Below are positions 45,408 through 55,974 of a stretch of 64,000 nucleotides of DNA, one piece after another. The DNA comes from Acidimicrobiia bacterium. Its GTDB lineage: Bacteria > Actinomycetota > Acidimicrobiia > Spongiisociales > UBA11373. Within the stretch, counting starts at the first letter, position 1, and each line of letters starts with the position of its first letter. The stretch covers positions 8,221 through 72,220 of the forward strand of contig JBFFRY010000009.1 in NCBI GenBank assembly GCA_041572755.1, read 5' to 3'. The notes below the pieces were generated by a model. The model was given only the letters and a program-made list of their open reading frames with translations. It did no database searches and had not been told where the DNA came from. Made by a program: the position numbers and the translations under genes.

Positions 45408-46796
45408 ATGCCGGATCGCCATCGCAGCTGGGCGGAGCCGTGGAAGATCAAGATGGTCGAACCGATCCGCATGTTGTCCCGGAGTGAACGCGAGGAGGCG
45501 ATTCGCCGCGCCGGCCACAACACCTTTCTCCTCAACTCGGAGGAGGTCTACATCGACCTGCTCACCGACTCGGGCACCTCGGCCATGTCGGACTACCAGT
45601 GGGCCGGGCTCATGTACGGGGACGAGGCGTATGCCGGTTCCCGCAGCTACCACAACCTCGAGGCGGCGGTGCGCGACGTCTACGGCTACGAGGAGCTCAT
45701 CCCCACCCACCAGGGACGGGGAGCGGAGCACATCCTCAGCCAGCTCCTGATCGAGCCGGGCGGCGTGGTACCGGGGAACATGTACTTCACCACGACCCGC
45801 TTTCACCAGGAGTTGGCCGGGGGAACCTTCGTCGACGTCATCATCGACGAGGCCCACCAGCCGGAGAGCAACCACCCGTTCAAAGGCAACATCGACATGG
45901 CCAAACTCGAGGCGGTGGTCGACGAGTACGGGGCCGATCGGGTGCCCTACGTCTCCTTCGAGACCAACGTCAACATGGCCGGCGGTCAGCCCGCCTCGAT
46001 GGCCAACATCCGTGAGGTCTACGAGTACTGCTCGGCACGGGGGATCCTGGTGATGCTGGATGCCACCCGGGCCCTCGAGAACGCCTATTTCATCCAGCAG
46101 CGGGAAGGCGGGTACGACGGCAAGTCGGTGGCCGAGATCCTCCGGGAGATCACCTCGTACAGCGACGGCGCCACCGTCTCCTCCAAGAAGGACAATCTCG
46201 TCAACATCGGTGGCTTCCTGGCGGTGCGCGACCAGGAGCTGGCGAAGCGGGCCAGGGCGATGCTGGTGGCCTTCGAGGGGTTCCAGACCTATGGCGGCAT
46301 GGCGGGACGCGACATGGAGGCCTTGGCCCGAGGGATCCGTGAGATGGTCGAGACCGATGATCACGTTCGGTCCCGGGTCGGCCAGGTCGAGTACCTCGGC
46401 AACGCCCTCATCAAGGCGGGCGTGCCGATCGTGCATCCGGTCGGGGGCCACGGCATCTTCCTGGACGCCGCTTCGATCCTTCCCCACCTCCCCATGGAGC
46501 ACTTTCCCGCCCAGGCGCTGGCGGCTGCCATCTACGTGGACTCCGGGGTGCGAGGGATGGAGCGCGGCATCGTCTCGGCGGGCCGCGACCCCAAGACCGG
46601 GGAGAACCGGATCCCGAAGCTCGAACTGGTGCGGCTCACGATTCCCCGCCGGGTGTACACCCAGTCCCACATGGATGTGACGGCCGAATCGGTGATCGCT
46701 CTGTGCGATGACCCCGGCGAGATCCGGGGCCTGCGGTTCACCTACGAGCCCGACACGCTGCGATTCTTCCAGGCTCGCTTCGAGCCCGTCGGCTGA
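45408..46796 (+). CDS. tpl: tyrosine phenol-lyase (beta-eliminating lyase)
   Basis: IDLLTDSGT, SSKKD (PLP Lys); TPL-type YFTTT, MERG, LRFF rather than tryptophanase FDTT, EIG, RHF. Confidence 0.8.
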   Translation: MPDRHRSWAEPWKIKMVEPIRMLSRSEREEAIRRAGHNTFLLNSEEVYIDLLTDSGTSAMSDYQWAGLMYGDEAYAGSRSYHNLEAAVRDVYGYEELIPTHQGRGAEHILSQLLIEPGGVVPGNMYFTTTRFHQELAGGTFVDVIIDEAHQPESNHPFKGNIDMAKLEAVVDEYGADRVPYVSFETNVNMAGGQPASMANIREVYEYCSARGILVMLDATRALENAYFIQQREGGYDGKSVAEILREITSYSDGATVSSKKDNLVNIGGFLAVRDQELAKRARAMLVAFEGFQTYGGMAGRDMEALARGIREMVETDDHVRSRVGQVEYLGNALIKAGVPIVHPVGGHGIFLDAASILPHLPMEHFPAQALAAAIYVDSGVRGMERGIVSAGRDPKTGENRIPKLELVRLTIPRRVYTQSHMDVTAESVIALCDDPGEIRGLRFTYEPDTLRFFQARFEPVG

Positions 46797-46859
46797 GCGG
46801 ATCGAGCCGGCGGGGCACCTGACGGAGCGCCGGGTCCCACCCGGTCCCGGTGTGCTCTG

Positions 46860-46888
46860 TTGACAGCCGGGTCCCCTTTGACCATCAT
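46860..46888 (+). promoter_or_regulatory. sigma70-type promoter for the Phe leader
   Basis: TTGACA (46860-46865), 17-nt spacer, CATCAT (46883-46888), 7 nt before the ATG. Confidence 0.65.
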
Positions 46889-46895
46889 CCCGGCG

Positions 46896-46958
46896 ATGAC
46901 GGTGCAGCGGACCTTCGTGAAGCGACCCTTCTTCGGCGCCGTCTTCTTTGGCGCTTAG
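46896..46958 (+). CDS. Phe-rich leader peptide (PheL-like, not in ORF track)
   Basis: [20 protein letters not shown]: 5 Phe in 20 aa, directly upstream of the pheA fusion. Confidence 0.8.
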   Translation: MTVQRTFVKRPFFGAVFFGA

Positions 46959-46965
46959 GCGCCAA
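46948..46965 (+). promoter_or_regulatory. leader hairpin containing the leader-peptide stop codon
   Basis: TTGGCGC-TTAG-GCGCCAA followed by a C/T-rich tract. Confidence 0.55.
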
Positions 46966-47028
46966 CTTCTCTCTCCCCCCGCTGTCCGACCCCATTCCCG
47001 GCTCCGGCCGCGACCCCCGAGGTGTTCC

Positions 47029-49059
47029 ATGAAATCAGACGACGACAACATCGATCAGATCCGCAGCGGAATAGACGACATCGACGGCAAGATCCTGCAG
47101 CTGCTGGCGCAGCGACGGGCGTTCAGCGTGCGGGCTGCCCGGCTCAAGGGAGCCCGGGGTCATCCCTCGAGAAGCCCACTCCGCGAGGAGGACATGATCG
47201 CCGAGCGCATCGCCTCCGGTCTCGATCATCAGCTCGACTCGCGTCTCATCAACCGGCTCTGGCGGGAGATCGTCGAGGACTCCGTGAGGGTGCAGCGCGA
47301 CCTCCTCGGACGCCGGGAAACCGACGAGGGCCAGATCACGGCGGCGATCCAAGGGGTGGAGGGTTCCTACAGCCAGCTCGCCGCCCAGCAGATCTTCGAC
47401 GCAAAGGGCGGCCAGACGCTCGCCCATGTCATGGCACAGACCTTCGCGGAGGCCGTCGATGCGGTTCGGGATGGCCGAGCCGACGTCGCCGTGCTGCCGA
47501 TCGAGAACACGACCTCGGGGGCGATCTCGGAGGTGTACGACCTGTTGCTCGACAGCGGCCTCCACGTGATCGGCGACCTTCGCTTCCGAGTCCGGCACTG
47601 CCTCCTCGGTGTCGGCGGGGCCGACGTCGGAGGCTTGGAGCGGATCTACGCCCACCCCCAGGCCGCCGCCCAGTGCTCCGATTTCCTGGCGGGCCTGGAG
47701 CACTGCGAGGTGGTGATCTTCGGGGACACGGCGCTGTCGGGGAAGAAGATCGCGGCGCTCGGCGATCCCACGCTGGCGGCGATCGCCAGCGAGGAAGCCG
47801 GGCGGCTCTACGGACTCGAGGTGCTCCGGAGCGGGATCGCCAACCGGGATGAGAACTTCACCCGCTTCGTGGTCGTGGCACCGGCGCCCGTGGAGATCCC
47901 TCCCGGGGTGCCGGCCAAGACCTCGATCGTGATGACGGTGGGCAACCACCCCGGGGCCCTCATGGATGCGCTGGAGGTGTTCACCAAAGCCGACGTCAAT
48001 CTCGTGAAACTCGAGTCGAGACCGATCCCCTCGAATCCCACCGACGAACTCTTCTATCTGGACTTCGCCGGATCGGTCGACGAGCCCGAGGTAGCGGCGA
48101 TGCTCGAAACGCTCACGACCCATACGCACTTCCTCAAGGTGTTGGGCAGCTACCCGTCCCGGGACCTGAGGCCGCGTCCGGAGCCGGCACCGCCGGCGCC
48201 GCGGCGGAAGCCGGTCAAGGAACTCATCGAGACCCACTCCGACGAGATACCCAGCGGATACCGGCTGGGGAGTCGAGGGCACAAACGCCACAACACCGTC
48301 ATCGAGGTCGGCAACGTGCGGCTCGGCGGAGACGATCTGGTGGTGATCGCCGGGCCCTGCTCGGTGGAGTCGTGGGACCAGATCATGACCGCCGCTCAAG
48401 CCGTCAAGGAAGGGGGCGGACGCCTGCTCCGAGGAGGATGCTTCAAGCCGCGCACCTCGCCGTACAGCTTCCAGGGCCTCGGCTTCGAGGGACTGGAGAT
48501 GCTCGTCGAGGCCGGCAAGGCGTTCGGTCTGCCGATCGTGACCGAAGTGCTCGCTCCCGAGGACGTCCCCGCCGTGGCCACCAGAGCCGACGTGCTGCAG
48601 ATCGGCACCAGGAACATGCAGAACTTCGCGTTGCTCTCGGCAGTGGGCCGGGCCCATCGACCCGTGATGCTGAAGCGGGGCATGAGCTCGTCGCTCGACG
48701 AGCTTCTCCAGGCGGCCGAGTACATCCTGGCCGAAGGGAACCAGCAGGTGTTCCTGTGCGAGCGAGGGATCCGCACCTTCGAGACCTCGACCCGCAACAC
48801 CCTCGACCTCAGCGCGGTTCCGGTGCTGCGGGGCCGGACCCACCTGCCGGTGATCGTCGACCCGTCGCACGCCGCCGGGGAGCGTTCACTGGTGCCGCCG
48901 CTCGCCATCGCCGGAGCTGCCATCGGTGCCCACGGCATCATGGTCGAGATCCATCCCGACCCACCGAGCGCCCTGAGCGACGGCCCCCAGTCCCTGGACC
49001 TGGATCAGTTCGCCCGGTTGATGGAAGACCTGGGGTTCTCTCAACGAAAGGAGCCGTAG
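47029..49059 (+). CDS. fusion: AroQ chorismate mutase + prephenate dehydratase + ACT + type I-beta DAHP synthase
   Basis: [11 protein letters not shown] (CM), QGVEGSYS and PIENTTSG (PDT), LESRP (ACT), IAGPCSVE and [11 protein letters not shown] (DAHPS), all in one frame; SD GAGGTG. Confidence 0.92.
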   Translation: MKSDDDNIDQIRSGIDDIDGKILQLLAQRRAFSVRAARLKGARGHPSRSPLREEDMIAERIASGLDHQLDSRLINRLWREIVEDSVRVQRDLLGRRETDEGQITAAIQGVEGSYSQLAAQQIFDAKGGQTLAHVMAQTFAEAVDAVRDGRADVAVLPIENTTSGAISEVYDLLLDSGLHVIGDLRFRVRHCLLGVGGADVGGLERIYAHPQAAAQCSDFLAGLEHCEVVIFGDTALSGKKIAALGDPTLAAIASEEAGRLYGLEVLRSGIANRDENFTRFVVVAPAPVEIPPGVPAKTSIVMTVGNHPGALMDALEVFTKADVNLVKLESRPIPSNPTDELFYLDFAGSVDEPEVAAMLETLTTHTHFLKVLGSYPSRDLRPRPEPAPPAPRRKPVKELIETHSDEIPSGYRLGSRGHKRHNTVIEVGNVRLGGDDLVVIAGPCSVESWDQIMTAAQAVKEGGGRLLRGGCFKPRTSPYSFQGLGFEGLEMLVEAGKAFGLPIVTEVLAPEDVPAVATRADVLQIGTRNMQNFALLSAVGRAHRPVMLKRGMSSSLDELLQAAEYILAEGNQQVFLCERGIRTFETSTRNTLDLSAVPVLRGRTHLPVIVDPSHAAGERSLVPPLAIAGAAIGAHGIMVEIHPDPPSALSDGPQSLDLDQFARLMEDLGFSQRKEP

Positions 49060-50714
49060 TCGGCCGGGCATCCCGAGCCGTACTCCCACGGGAGGTCGCC
49101 CCTCTCGAGGAACCACGCCGTCAGGTCGGCCTCCGGCGAACCGCTGCGGTCGCCGCCGAGATACCCCGTGATCGATCCGTCGCGATCGAGAAAGAGCAGG
49201 TCGTCCCAACCGTCACCGTCCAGGTCGGCCGCGTGTGGCCCGCCGTCATGGCTGCCGATCGCCGTTGCTGCCGTCTCGGAGAGCGCAAAGTCCTCGGCCC
49301 CCGAGAGGATGAAGAGCGTGGCCGGATCATCGGGTGACAGCGCGTAGAGATCGGGTACCCAGTCGGCGTCTCGGTGGCCCACCGAGTAGCGCCACCCCTG
49401 ATCGCTCTGCAGCGGCACCGCCATCGGGGTCGAAGGATCGAAGTCGGGGCCGAGCCGGATCTCGATGGTGGTCGGAGAGGCGGGAACCACGACGTGGAGA
49501 TCATTGATCCCATCCAGGTCGTGGTCGCCGAGCAGCACGCTGGCGCCGGGATCCACCCCTTCGATGTGAATGGTGGGGAGGTGTTGGGTGAAGCCCGACG
49601 CGAAGGTGAAGACGGTGACGGCGATCTCCTCGCCTTCCGGAGTGAGTTCCCACAGATCGGGACGTCCGTCTCCGGTGTGGTCGGCGAGGAGCATGAGAGA
49701 GGACGGGGCCGGGCCGTGCGGGGTGGGTCCCAGCGTGGTGCAGGTGTCGAATCGATGGATCGCCTCGGCCGTCGTGACGCTGATGCCGCCTCCGCTCGCC
49801 GTGTCGAGCCGGACTGCGTCGGGCGCACCGTCCCGATCCATGTCCATGACGAACTGCCGCGGCCCGTTGCCCGCCGGACCGAGACCCGTGGCGAAACGGA
49901 TCACCCTTGTGAAATCCCCGGCCGGGCTCCCCGGGTCGATCGGCTCGGGTATCGAGTAGCCGGGGGTGTGGAGAGGTCCCATCCACGAGAAGTGCATGGG
50001 GTCCTTGATCTGCTGCCAGTGGCCACCCCAGCACCACCCGGCATCGACCCAGACATCCACGAACCATCCCGGCATGTCGGTGATCAGGACGTTGTCCTCC
50101 CGATAGGGGTTGGAGTCGGCGTTGATGTCGATGGCGGCCCCGATCGCGTGGAAGGACAGGTAGCGCTTGGGCGGCACGGTGGCGGGACGGAAGCTGAAGA
50201 CCGACGAAGGGTCGAGGGGGTAGGACCTGCCGGCAGCTCGTTCTCGCTCCAGCGCTTCGATCACCGGTTGCAGCGCCGGTGCCACCCGATCATGGACGAA
50301 CACGGTGACGGGTGGCAGGCCCTCGGCATTGGGAAGCTCCACCGCAACGAGGTGGTCGCGGACTTCGCCCAGGGTGCGCCCGAAGAAGCCGGCCCACGGG
50401 CCTCCGAGGGTTTGGGTGTCGGCGGCGTCCCCTTCGCGATCGGCGTAGGGCCCGCGTATCCCGGCCGGAGCGTCGCAGCCGGGGGACTCGTTGAAGGTGG
50501 GCAGAGGGCCGTGTGGCGGGGGCGGGGAAGTGACGAGGTGATCGTCGTGTCGGAGGGGAGGTGGGGGCTCCTCGGCTTGGGGAGACTCGGTGACTCGGGC
50601 GGCGGTCGCGGTCGCACCCCGATCCGCGTCGTCGGTGGCCGGTGGATCCCCCCGCCCCCCCGAACAGGCGGCGGCGAGGGTCATCGCCAGCAGCAGGACC
50701 GCCCGGAACCGCAT
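49041..50714 (-). CDS. lipoprotein: M15 metallopeptidase + FG-GAP/VCBS-like repeats
   Basis: Lipobox AAAC; [12 protein letters not shown] and WGGHW...DPMHF; five DxxxDGxxD-like repeats; ATG lies 6 nt after TACGAT. Confidence 0.8.
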   Translation of the reverse strand: MRFRAVLLLAMTLAAACSGGRGDPPATDDADRGATATAARVTESPQAEEPPPPLRHDDHLVTSPPPPHGPLPTFNESPGCDAPAGIRGPYADREGDAADTQTLGGPWAGFFGRTLGEVRDHLVAVELPNAEGLPPVTVFVHDRVAPALQPVIEALERERAAGRSYPLDPSSVFSFRPATVPPKRYLSFHAIGAAIDINADSNPYREDNVLITDMPGWFVDVWVDAGWCWGGHWQQIKDPMHFSWMGPLHTPGYSIPEPIDPGSPAGDFTRVIRFATGLGPAGNGPRQFVMDMDRDGAPDAVRLDTASGGGISVTTAEAIHRFDTCTTLGPTPHGPAPSSLMLLADHTGDGRPDLWELTPEGEEIAVTVFTFASGFTQHLPTIHIEGVDPGASVLLGDHDLDGINDLHVVVPASPTTIEIRLGPDFDPSTPMAVPLQSDQGWRYSVGHRDADWVPDLYALSPDDPATLFILSGAEDFALSETAATAIGSHDGGPHAADLDGDGWDDLLFLDRDGSITGYLGGDRSGSPEADLTAWFLERGDLPWEYGSGCPADYGSFR

Positions 50715-50734
50715 CGGGGAATCGTACGGCGACC

Positions 50735-51709
50735 TCAGTGGCGTGGGGGTCCGATGAGGAAGCCGAGGCCCCAGGAGAGGTGCATCGTCGGGAGCACGGC
50801 GGGAAGCAGCAGCGCCTCCGGGGCGCGGCGGCGCATTGCCGTGAGGAGGGCCGTTGCCCAGACCGCCAGCAGATAGGCGCCGGGAACGATGGCGGCCGCC
50901 CATGACCAGGGGGTGAACAGGAACGCGATCGAGCCGACCAAACCGGCGACGAAGGCGGGCGGCACCAACTGGCGCCATCGCAGCGCCCGGGGATGCTTCC
51001 GGACGACGGCTCGCTTCCAGCGCCCGTAGTCGAAGTATTGGCGCCACAACGCCCGCAGCGAACGGCGCGGTCGGTAGGCGACCCGGAGGCGGGGATCGAA
51101 GTGGACGACTCCGCCGGCAGCCCTCAGCCGGTAGTTCAGTTCCGCGTCCTGGCTGCGCTCCAGGCTCTCATCGAACCCGCCGACCCGATCCAGCGAGGCT
51201 CTGCGAAACACCCCGAGGTAGACGGTGTCGGTCGGGCCCGACCGCCCTCCCGTCCGGTAGCGGGCGTCCCCCACACCGAGGGGGGTGGTCTGAGCCAACG
51301 CGATGGCGCGCTGGATGAGGGTCTCGCCCTCGGCCGACTGGACGCCTCCCACATTGTCGGCGCCCGTCTCGGCGAGCACGGTGACGGCGCGGGAGACATA
51401 GCCGGGGGGGAGGACCGCATGCGCATCGCAACGGGCGACGACGGTCCCCGATGAAGCGGCGATCGCCAGATTGAGGCCTGCCGCCGTGCCGCCGGTGGGG
51501 TTGTCGATCACGGTCACCCGGGGGTCCCCGGCGTACTCCTCCAGGACCTCTGCGGTGCCGTCGCGACTGGGTCCGTGGGCGATCACTACCTCGAGGGGTC
51601 CGGTGTAGTCCTGTTCGAGCGCGCTCCGGAGCGATGCGGCCACGGTGGCTGCTGCATCGAGGGCCGGTATGACGATGGAGACGGCCGGCGGAGCGACGTC
51701 CTCAGCCAA
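50735..51709 (-). CDS. GT2-family glycosyltransferase (ExoA-like)
   Basis: VSIVIPAL, RCDAH, GGFDE...QDAELNYR, RQYFDYG; TTG start overlapping the glnR stop is inferred. Confidence 0.88.
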   Translation of the reverse strand: MAEDVAPPAVSIVIPALDAAATVAASLRSALEQDYTGPLEVVIAHGPSRDGTAEVLEEYAGDPRVTVIDNPTGGTAAGLNLAIAASSGTVVARCDAHAVLPPGYVSRAVTVLAETGADNVGGVQSAEGETLIQRAIALAQTTPLGVGDARYRTGGRSGPTDTVYLGVFRRASLDRVGGFDESLERSQDAELNYRLRAAGGVVHFDPRLRVAYRPRRSLRALWRQYFDYGRWKRAVVRKHPRALRWRQLVPPAFVAGLVGSIAFLFTPWSWAAAIVPGAYLLAVWATALLTAMRRRAPEALLLPAVLPTMHLSWGLGFLIGPPRH

Positions 51710-52346
51710 ACCGGTAGCCCACGGATCGGACGGTGGTGATCCACCCTGCCCGCCCTTCACCGAGCTTGGCCCGCAGCCGGCGCACGTGGACGTCGACGGT
51801 GCGCGCACCACCGAAGTAGTCGTAGCCCCACACCCGCTCCAGCAGCTGTTCCCGGGTCCACACTCGGCCCTGGTGGGCCACGAAGAAGTGGAGCAGCTCG
51901 TACTCCATGAATGTGAGGTCTATGGGCACGTTCGTCAGCGTGGCCTGGTAGGTGGCGAGATCCAGGGTGAGATCCTTGAACGTGATCTTCTCGTCGGCCT
52001 CGAACGCTGCGGGGTTCAGTCGGCGGAGTCGAAGGGCGAGCTCTTCCCGGTCGATGGGAGTGAGCACGAAGTCGGTGAAGTCCTCGGCGCCCTCGAGGAG
52101 ATCGGTCTGCAGCCGGGTGGCCACGACCAGGCTGGGAATGCCCAGCGACCGTTTGCAGCGGCGGGCCAGGGAGAGACCGGTTTCGGGATCGTCACCGAGT
52201 TCCACCACCAACGCCGCCCAACCCTCCGCCGGTTCGCGATCGGACACCTCAGCGGCATCGGCGACCGGGACCGGACGGAACCCGGCCTCGATCAACCCCT
52301 CCGTGAGGGCAACGGTCGGTTCGGTGGGGTGAACGGCGACGAACAT
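51702..52346 (-). CDS. glnR: GlnR-like orphan OmpR-family response regulator
   Basis: LTFMEYELL, VWGYDYFGGARTVDVHVRRLRAKLG, TVRSVGYRF; atypical receiver; TGATG overlap with the GS gene. Confidence 0.8.
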   Translation of the reverse strand: MFVAVHPTEPTVALTEGLIEAGFRPVPVADAAEVSDREPAEGWAALVVELGDDPETGLSLARRCKRSLGIPSLVVATRLQTDLLEGAEDFTDFVLTPIDREELALRLRRLNPAAFEADEKITFKDLTLDLATYQATLTNVPIDLTFMEYELLHFFVAHQGRVWTREQLLERVWGYDYFGGARTVDVHVRRLRAKLGEGRAGWITTVRSVGYRFG

Positions 52347-53674
52347 CAGAGAACGGGAAGGTACTCGATCAGCTCGTATCGGGAAACATGGCGCTGGTAG
52401 CGCTCCCACTCCTTCCGCTTGTTGCGCAGGAACCATTCGAACACGTGCTCCCCGAGCGCGCGGGCGACCAGCTCCGATCCCTCCATGACATCGAGGGCTT
52501 GGGCGAGAGTTCCGGGGAGCCTGGTGACACCGGCAGCGATGCGTTCCTCGGCCGTGAGCGTGTTGATGTTCGTGGTTGTCTCCGGGGGCAGCTCGAACCC
52601 GTTCTCGATGCCGCTCAGACCGGCCGCCAGGATCACCGACAGGGCCAGATAGGGGTTGCAGGCGGGGTCGGGTGACCGGTACTCGATCCGGGTGCTCGTG
52701 GGTTTGCCCTTCTTGGGGGTCGGGACCCGAACCAGCGCCGACTGGTTGTTGCGGGCCCAGGTGACGAAGACCGGGGCCTCAAAGCCGTCGACGAGTCGTT
52801 TGTAGGAGTTCACCCACTGGTTGGTCACCGCGGTGATCTCGGGGGCGTGTGTGAGCAGCCCGGCGATGAATCCTTGCGCCACCTTGGAGAGCCCGTACTC
52901 GCCGCCGGGATGGTGGAAGGCGTTCTTGTCGCCTTCGAACAGTGAGAGATGAACGTGAAGGGCGGTGCCGTCGTGGCCTTCCAGAGGCTTGGGCATGAAG
53001 GTGGCATAGATCCCGTTTTGCAGAGCCACCTCCTTGATGGCGAGGCGGGTGGTCATGAGCGTGTCGGCCATGGTGAGGGCATCGGTGTAGCGGAGATCGA
53101 GCTCGTGCTGGCTGGGGGCCACTTCGTGGTGGGAGAGCTCAACCGGGATGCCGAGGCTCTCGAGCATCATGATCGTGTGGCGGCGGTATTCCTGGGCAAC
53201 GTCGATGGGAGTGAGGTCGAAGTAACCCCCCCGGTCGAGAACCTCCGGCTCCGGCCCCGAGTCGCGGAAATAGAAGTACTCCACCTCGGGTCCCACGTAG
53301 AACGAGAAGCCCAGATCGGCCGCCCGTTCCAGGTTGCGCATCAGAACGGTGCGGGGATCGCCCTCGAAGGGTTCCCCGTCGGGGGTGACGATGTTGCAGA
53401 ACATGCGGGCAACGCCGGCGTGCTCCCCCTTCCAGGGCAGGATCTGGAACGTGGTGGGGTCGGGGCGGGCCAGCATGTCGGCTTCCTGGACTCGAGAGAA
53501 GCCGTCGATGGCGGAGCCATCGAACTGCATGCCCTCATCGAAGGCGGTCTCCAGTTCGGCCGGGGTGATCGCAAAGGACTTGAGGAAGCCCAGGACGTCG
53601 GTGAACCAGAGCCGGATGAAGCGAATCCCCCGCTCCTCGACGGTGCGAAGGACGTAGTCCTCTTGTCTCGCCAT
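52346..53674 (-). CDS. glutamine synthetase family, GlnA2-like (GSI-alpha)
   Basis: [43 protein letters not shown]; no adenylylation tyrosine motif seen. Confidence 0.9.
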   Translation of the reverse strand: MARQEDYVLRTVEERGIRFIRLWFTDVLGFLKSFAITPAELETAFDEGMQFDGSAIDGFSRVQEADMLARPDPTTFQILPWKGEHAGVARMFCNIVTPDGEPFEGDPRTVLMRNLERAADLGFSFYVGPEVEYFYFRDSGPEPEVLDRGGYFDLTPIDVAQEYRRHTIMMLESLGIPVELSHHEVAPSQHELDLRYTDALTMADTLMTTRLAIKEVALQNGIYATFMPKPLEGHDGTALHVHLSLFEGDKNAFHHPGGEYGLSKVAQGFIAGLLTHAPEITAVTNQWVNSYKRLVDGFEAPVFVTWARNNQSALVRVPTPKKGKPTSTRIEYRSPDPACNPYLALSVILAAGLSGIENGFELPPETTTNINTLTAEERIAAGVTRLPGTLAQALDVMEGSELVARALGEHVFEWFLRNKRKEWERYQRHVSRYELIEYLPVL

Positions 53675-53725
53675 ATGACCTCCGGCGACTCATGGTACGG
53701 GAGGCCGCCCGGACCTGGAAGGGGG

Positions 53726-53774
53726 GTCGCCCCTCTGAAACACACTGTTCACATTGGGGCAATCGGCCGGAAAC
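53726..53774 (+). promoter_or_regulatory. putative GlnR box array upstream of glnA
   Basis: GTCGC-n6-GAAAC-n6-TTCAC-n6-GCAAT-n6-GAAAC, five half-sites exactly 11 bp apart. Confidence 0.65.
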
Positions 53775-53820
53775 GCTCCGGAGGTACAAATCTCGACGGC
53801 CAATCAAGGAGTACACCACC

Positions 53821-55242
53821 ATGGCGTCACCAAAGGACGTCCTCGCCATGGTCGCCGACGGCGGCTACGAGTTCGTCGATCTACGGTTCTGCGATCTTCC
53901 CGGGCAGGTCCAGCACTTCACGATCCCGTCGTCGCATTTCACCGAGGACGGATTCGAGGAGGGATACGGGTTCGATGGATCTTCCATCCGCGGGTTCCAG
54001 GAGATCCAGGAGTCCGACATGATCCTGGTGCCCGATCCGGACACGGCCGTCGACGATCCCTTCCGCGACCTCAAGACACTCATCGTCTACTGCTGGGTCA
54101 AGGATCCGATCACCGGCCAGCCCTATGAGAAGGACCCCCGGTTCGTTGCTCAGAAGGCGGAGAGCTACTTGCGCAGTACCGGTCTTGCCGACGCCTCCTA
54201 CTGGGGACCCGAGGCAGAGTTCTACGTCTTCGATTCAGCGCGATTCGACCAGGACCAGAACTCCGCCTTCTACGAGGTCGATTCGATCGAGGGGGCCTGG
54301 AACAGCGGCGCCGACGAGCCGGGCGGCAACCTGGCCTACAAGCCCCGCTTCAAGGAGGGGTACTTCCCCGTGCCCCCGACCGACCACTACCAGGATCTCA
54401 GATCGGAGATGACCAGGAGGCTCACCGAGGCCGGTATCGAGGTCGAGGTGCACCACCACGAGGTCGGAACGGCCGGCCAGGCCGAGATCGACATCAAGTA
54501 CGGCCCGCTGCTGCGGGTTGCCGATCAGGTGACGCTCTTCAAGTACATCGTGAAGAACGTCGCCTGGGACCACGACAAGACGGTGACCTTCATGCCGAAA
54601 CCGATCTTCCAGGACAACGGCTCGGGAATGCATACCCACCAGAGCCTCTGGCTGGACGGCAAGCCGCTGTTCTACGACGAGTCCGGGTACGCCGGGCTCT
54701 CCGACATGGCTCGGTACTACGTCGGTGGGCTTCTCAAGCACGCCGGTGCGGTGCTGGCGTTTGCCGCCCCGACAACCAACTCGTACCGGCGCCTGGTTCC
54801 CGGGTATGAGGCGCCGGTCAACCTGGTCTACAGCCAGAGGAACCGGTCGGCAGCGGTTCGGGTGCCGGTCTACTCACAGAAGCCGGCCGCCAAACGCCTC
54901 GAGTTCCGGTGTCCGGATCCGTCGGCGAACCCCTACCTGGCCTTCTCGGCGATGTTGATGGCGGGTCTGGACGGGATCGCCAATCAGATCGATCCGGGGG
55001 CCCCGGTCGACAAGGACCTCTACGACCTGCCTCCCGAGGAGCTGGCCCAGGTTCCCTCGGTCCCCGGCTCACTGGAGGAGAGCTTGCTGGCCTTGGAGCG
55101 GGATCACGAGTTCCTGCTTGCCGGCGGGGTCTTCACCGAAGGCTTGATCGCGGACTGGATCGCCTACAAACGGTCGGCCGAGGTCGACGAGGTGAGGCTC
55201 CGCCCCCATCCCTACGAGTTCAAGCTCTACTACGACATCTAG
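53821..55242 (+). CDS. glnA: glutamine synthetase I-beta
   Basis: [26 protein letters not shown]...GSGMH, LEFRCPD, adenylylation motif DKDLYDL. Confidence 0.96.
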   Translation: MASPKDVLAMVADGGYEFVDLRFCDLPGQVQHFTIPSSHFTEDGFEEGYGFDGSSIRGFQEIQESDMILVPDPDTAVDDPFRDLKTLIVYCWVKDPITGQPYEKDPRFVAQKAESYLRSTGLADASYWGPEAEFYVFDSARFDQDQNSAFYEVDSIEGAWNSGADEPGGNLAYKPRFKEGYFPVPPTDHYQDLRSEMTRRLTEAGIEVEVHHHEVGTAGQAEIDIKYGPLLRVADQVTLFKYIVKNVAWDHDKTVTFMPKPIFQDNGSGMHTHQSLWLDGKPLFYDESGYAGLSDMARYYVGGLLKHAGAVLAFAAPTTNSYRRLVPGYEAPVNLVYSQRNRSAAVRVPVYSQKPAAKRLEFRCPDPSANPYLAFSAMLMAGLDGIANQIDPGAPVDKDLYDLPPEELAQVPSVPGSLEESLLALERDHEFLLAGGVFTEGLIADWIAYKRSAEVDEVRLRPHPYEFKLYYDI

Positions 55243-55255
55243 GGGGCGAAGCGAC

Positions 55256-55903
55256 TCAGGTGTCGATCGTGTCGCCCGAGGTGGTGCCGGTCTCGTCGGT
55301 GTCTTCCACCGGTCCCGGTTCCGCGGCCGCGTCTGCGGCCACGCGGATCTCGTCGATGGCCCCGAGCACATCTGCGATCTCGGAACGGAATTGCTCGACC
55401 GCGATCCGGCGCAAGGTCCCGTCGTCGGGGGCCTCCAGACCGAGGACGATGTCTTCGACCGCGGCGGAGAGGTCTTCGGAGGCAACGACGAGAGCCACAT
55501 GGCTCTCGGCGAGGGGTGCCGGCACGTCGGACGCGTCGGCGATCTCGTCCTCCCACAGTGCCACGGTGGCTTGGAGGTCGACCAGTTCGTTGCGGGCATC
55601 CTGGAAGGTGATCGATCGGGCCTCCCACGCCTGATTGATGCGGTCCACCTCGTCCTCGAACGACGTTGCCTGAGCCTCGAACACGTCGAGGGTCACCAGG
55701 AACGAGGAGAACTCGGCCGGGAGGGTCGTGGTCGTCGAAGTCGGAGTGGTGGGGAATGGGGGTTCGTCGCGACCATCCTCCGACCCGTCGACGTCGGTCG
55801 ACGGGTCGAGGGACGTCACGAACGTGTAGGTGAGCACGACCATGGTGCCGATGATGAGTGGCAAGATCCACCGGCCGTGCTTCGGGTCGGGGTTCCTCGA
55901 CAC
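55256..55903 (-). CDS. membrane-anchored helical hypothetical protein
   Basis: N-terminal TM, Thr/Pro linker, acidic helical domain; GTG lies 7 nt after TACCGT. Confidence 0.65.
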   Translation of the reverse strand: MSRNPDPKHGRWILPLIIGTMVVLTYTFVTSLDPSTDVDGSEDGRDEPPFPTTPTSTTTTLPAEFSSFLVTLDVFEAQATSFEDEVDRINQAWEARSITFQDARNELVDLQATVALWEDEIADASDVPAPLAESHVALVVASEDLSAAVEDIVLGLEAPDDGTLRRIAVEQFRSEIADVLGAIDEIRVAADAAAEPGPVEDTDETGTTSGDTIDT

Positions 55904-55974
55904 GCAGGAAACGGTAGTCGGTTCCTCGCTTCGTACGATCACTTCCCGAGAAGCGACGACTACGCTCGCCCACC

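Noticed and set aside
45408-46796. Tryptophanase (tnaA) annotation
   Set aside because: Diagnostic positions are TPL-like (Thr, Arg, Phe) rather than TnaA-like (Asp, Ile, His), and I saw no tnaC-like leader.
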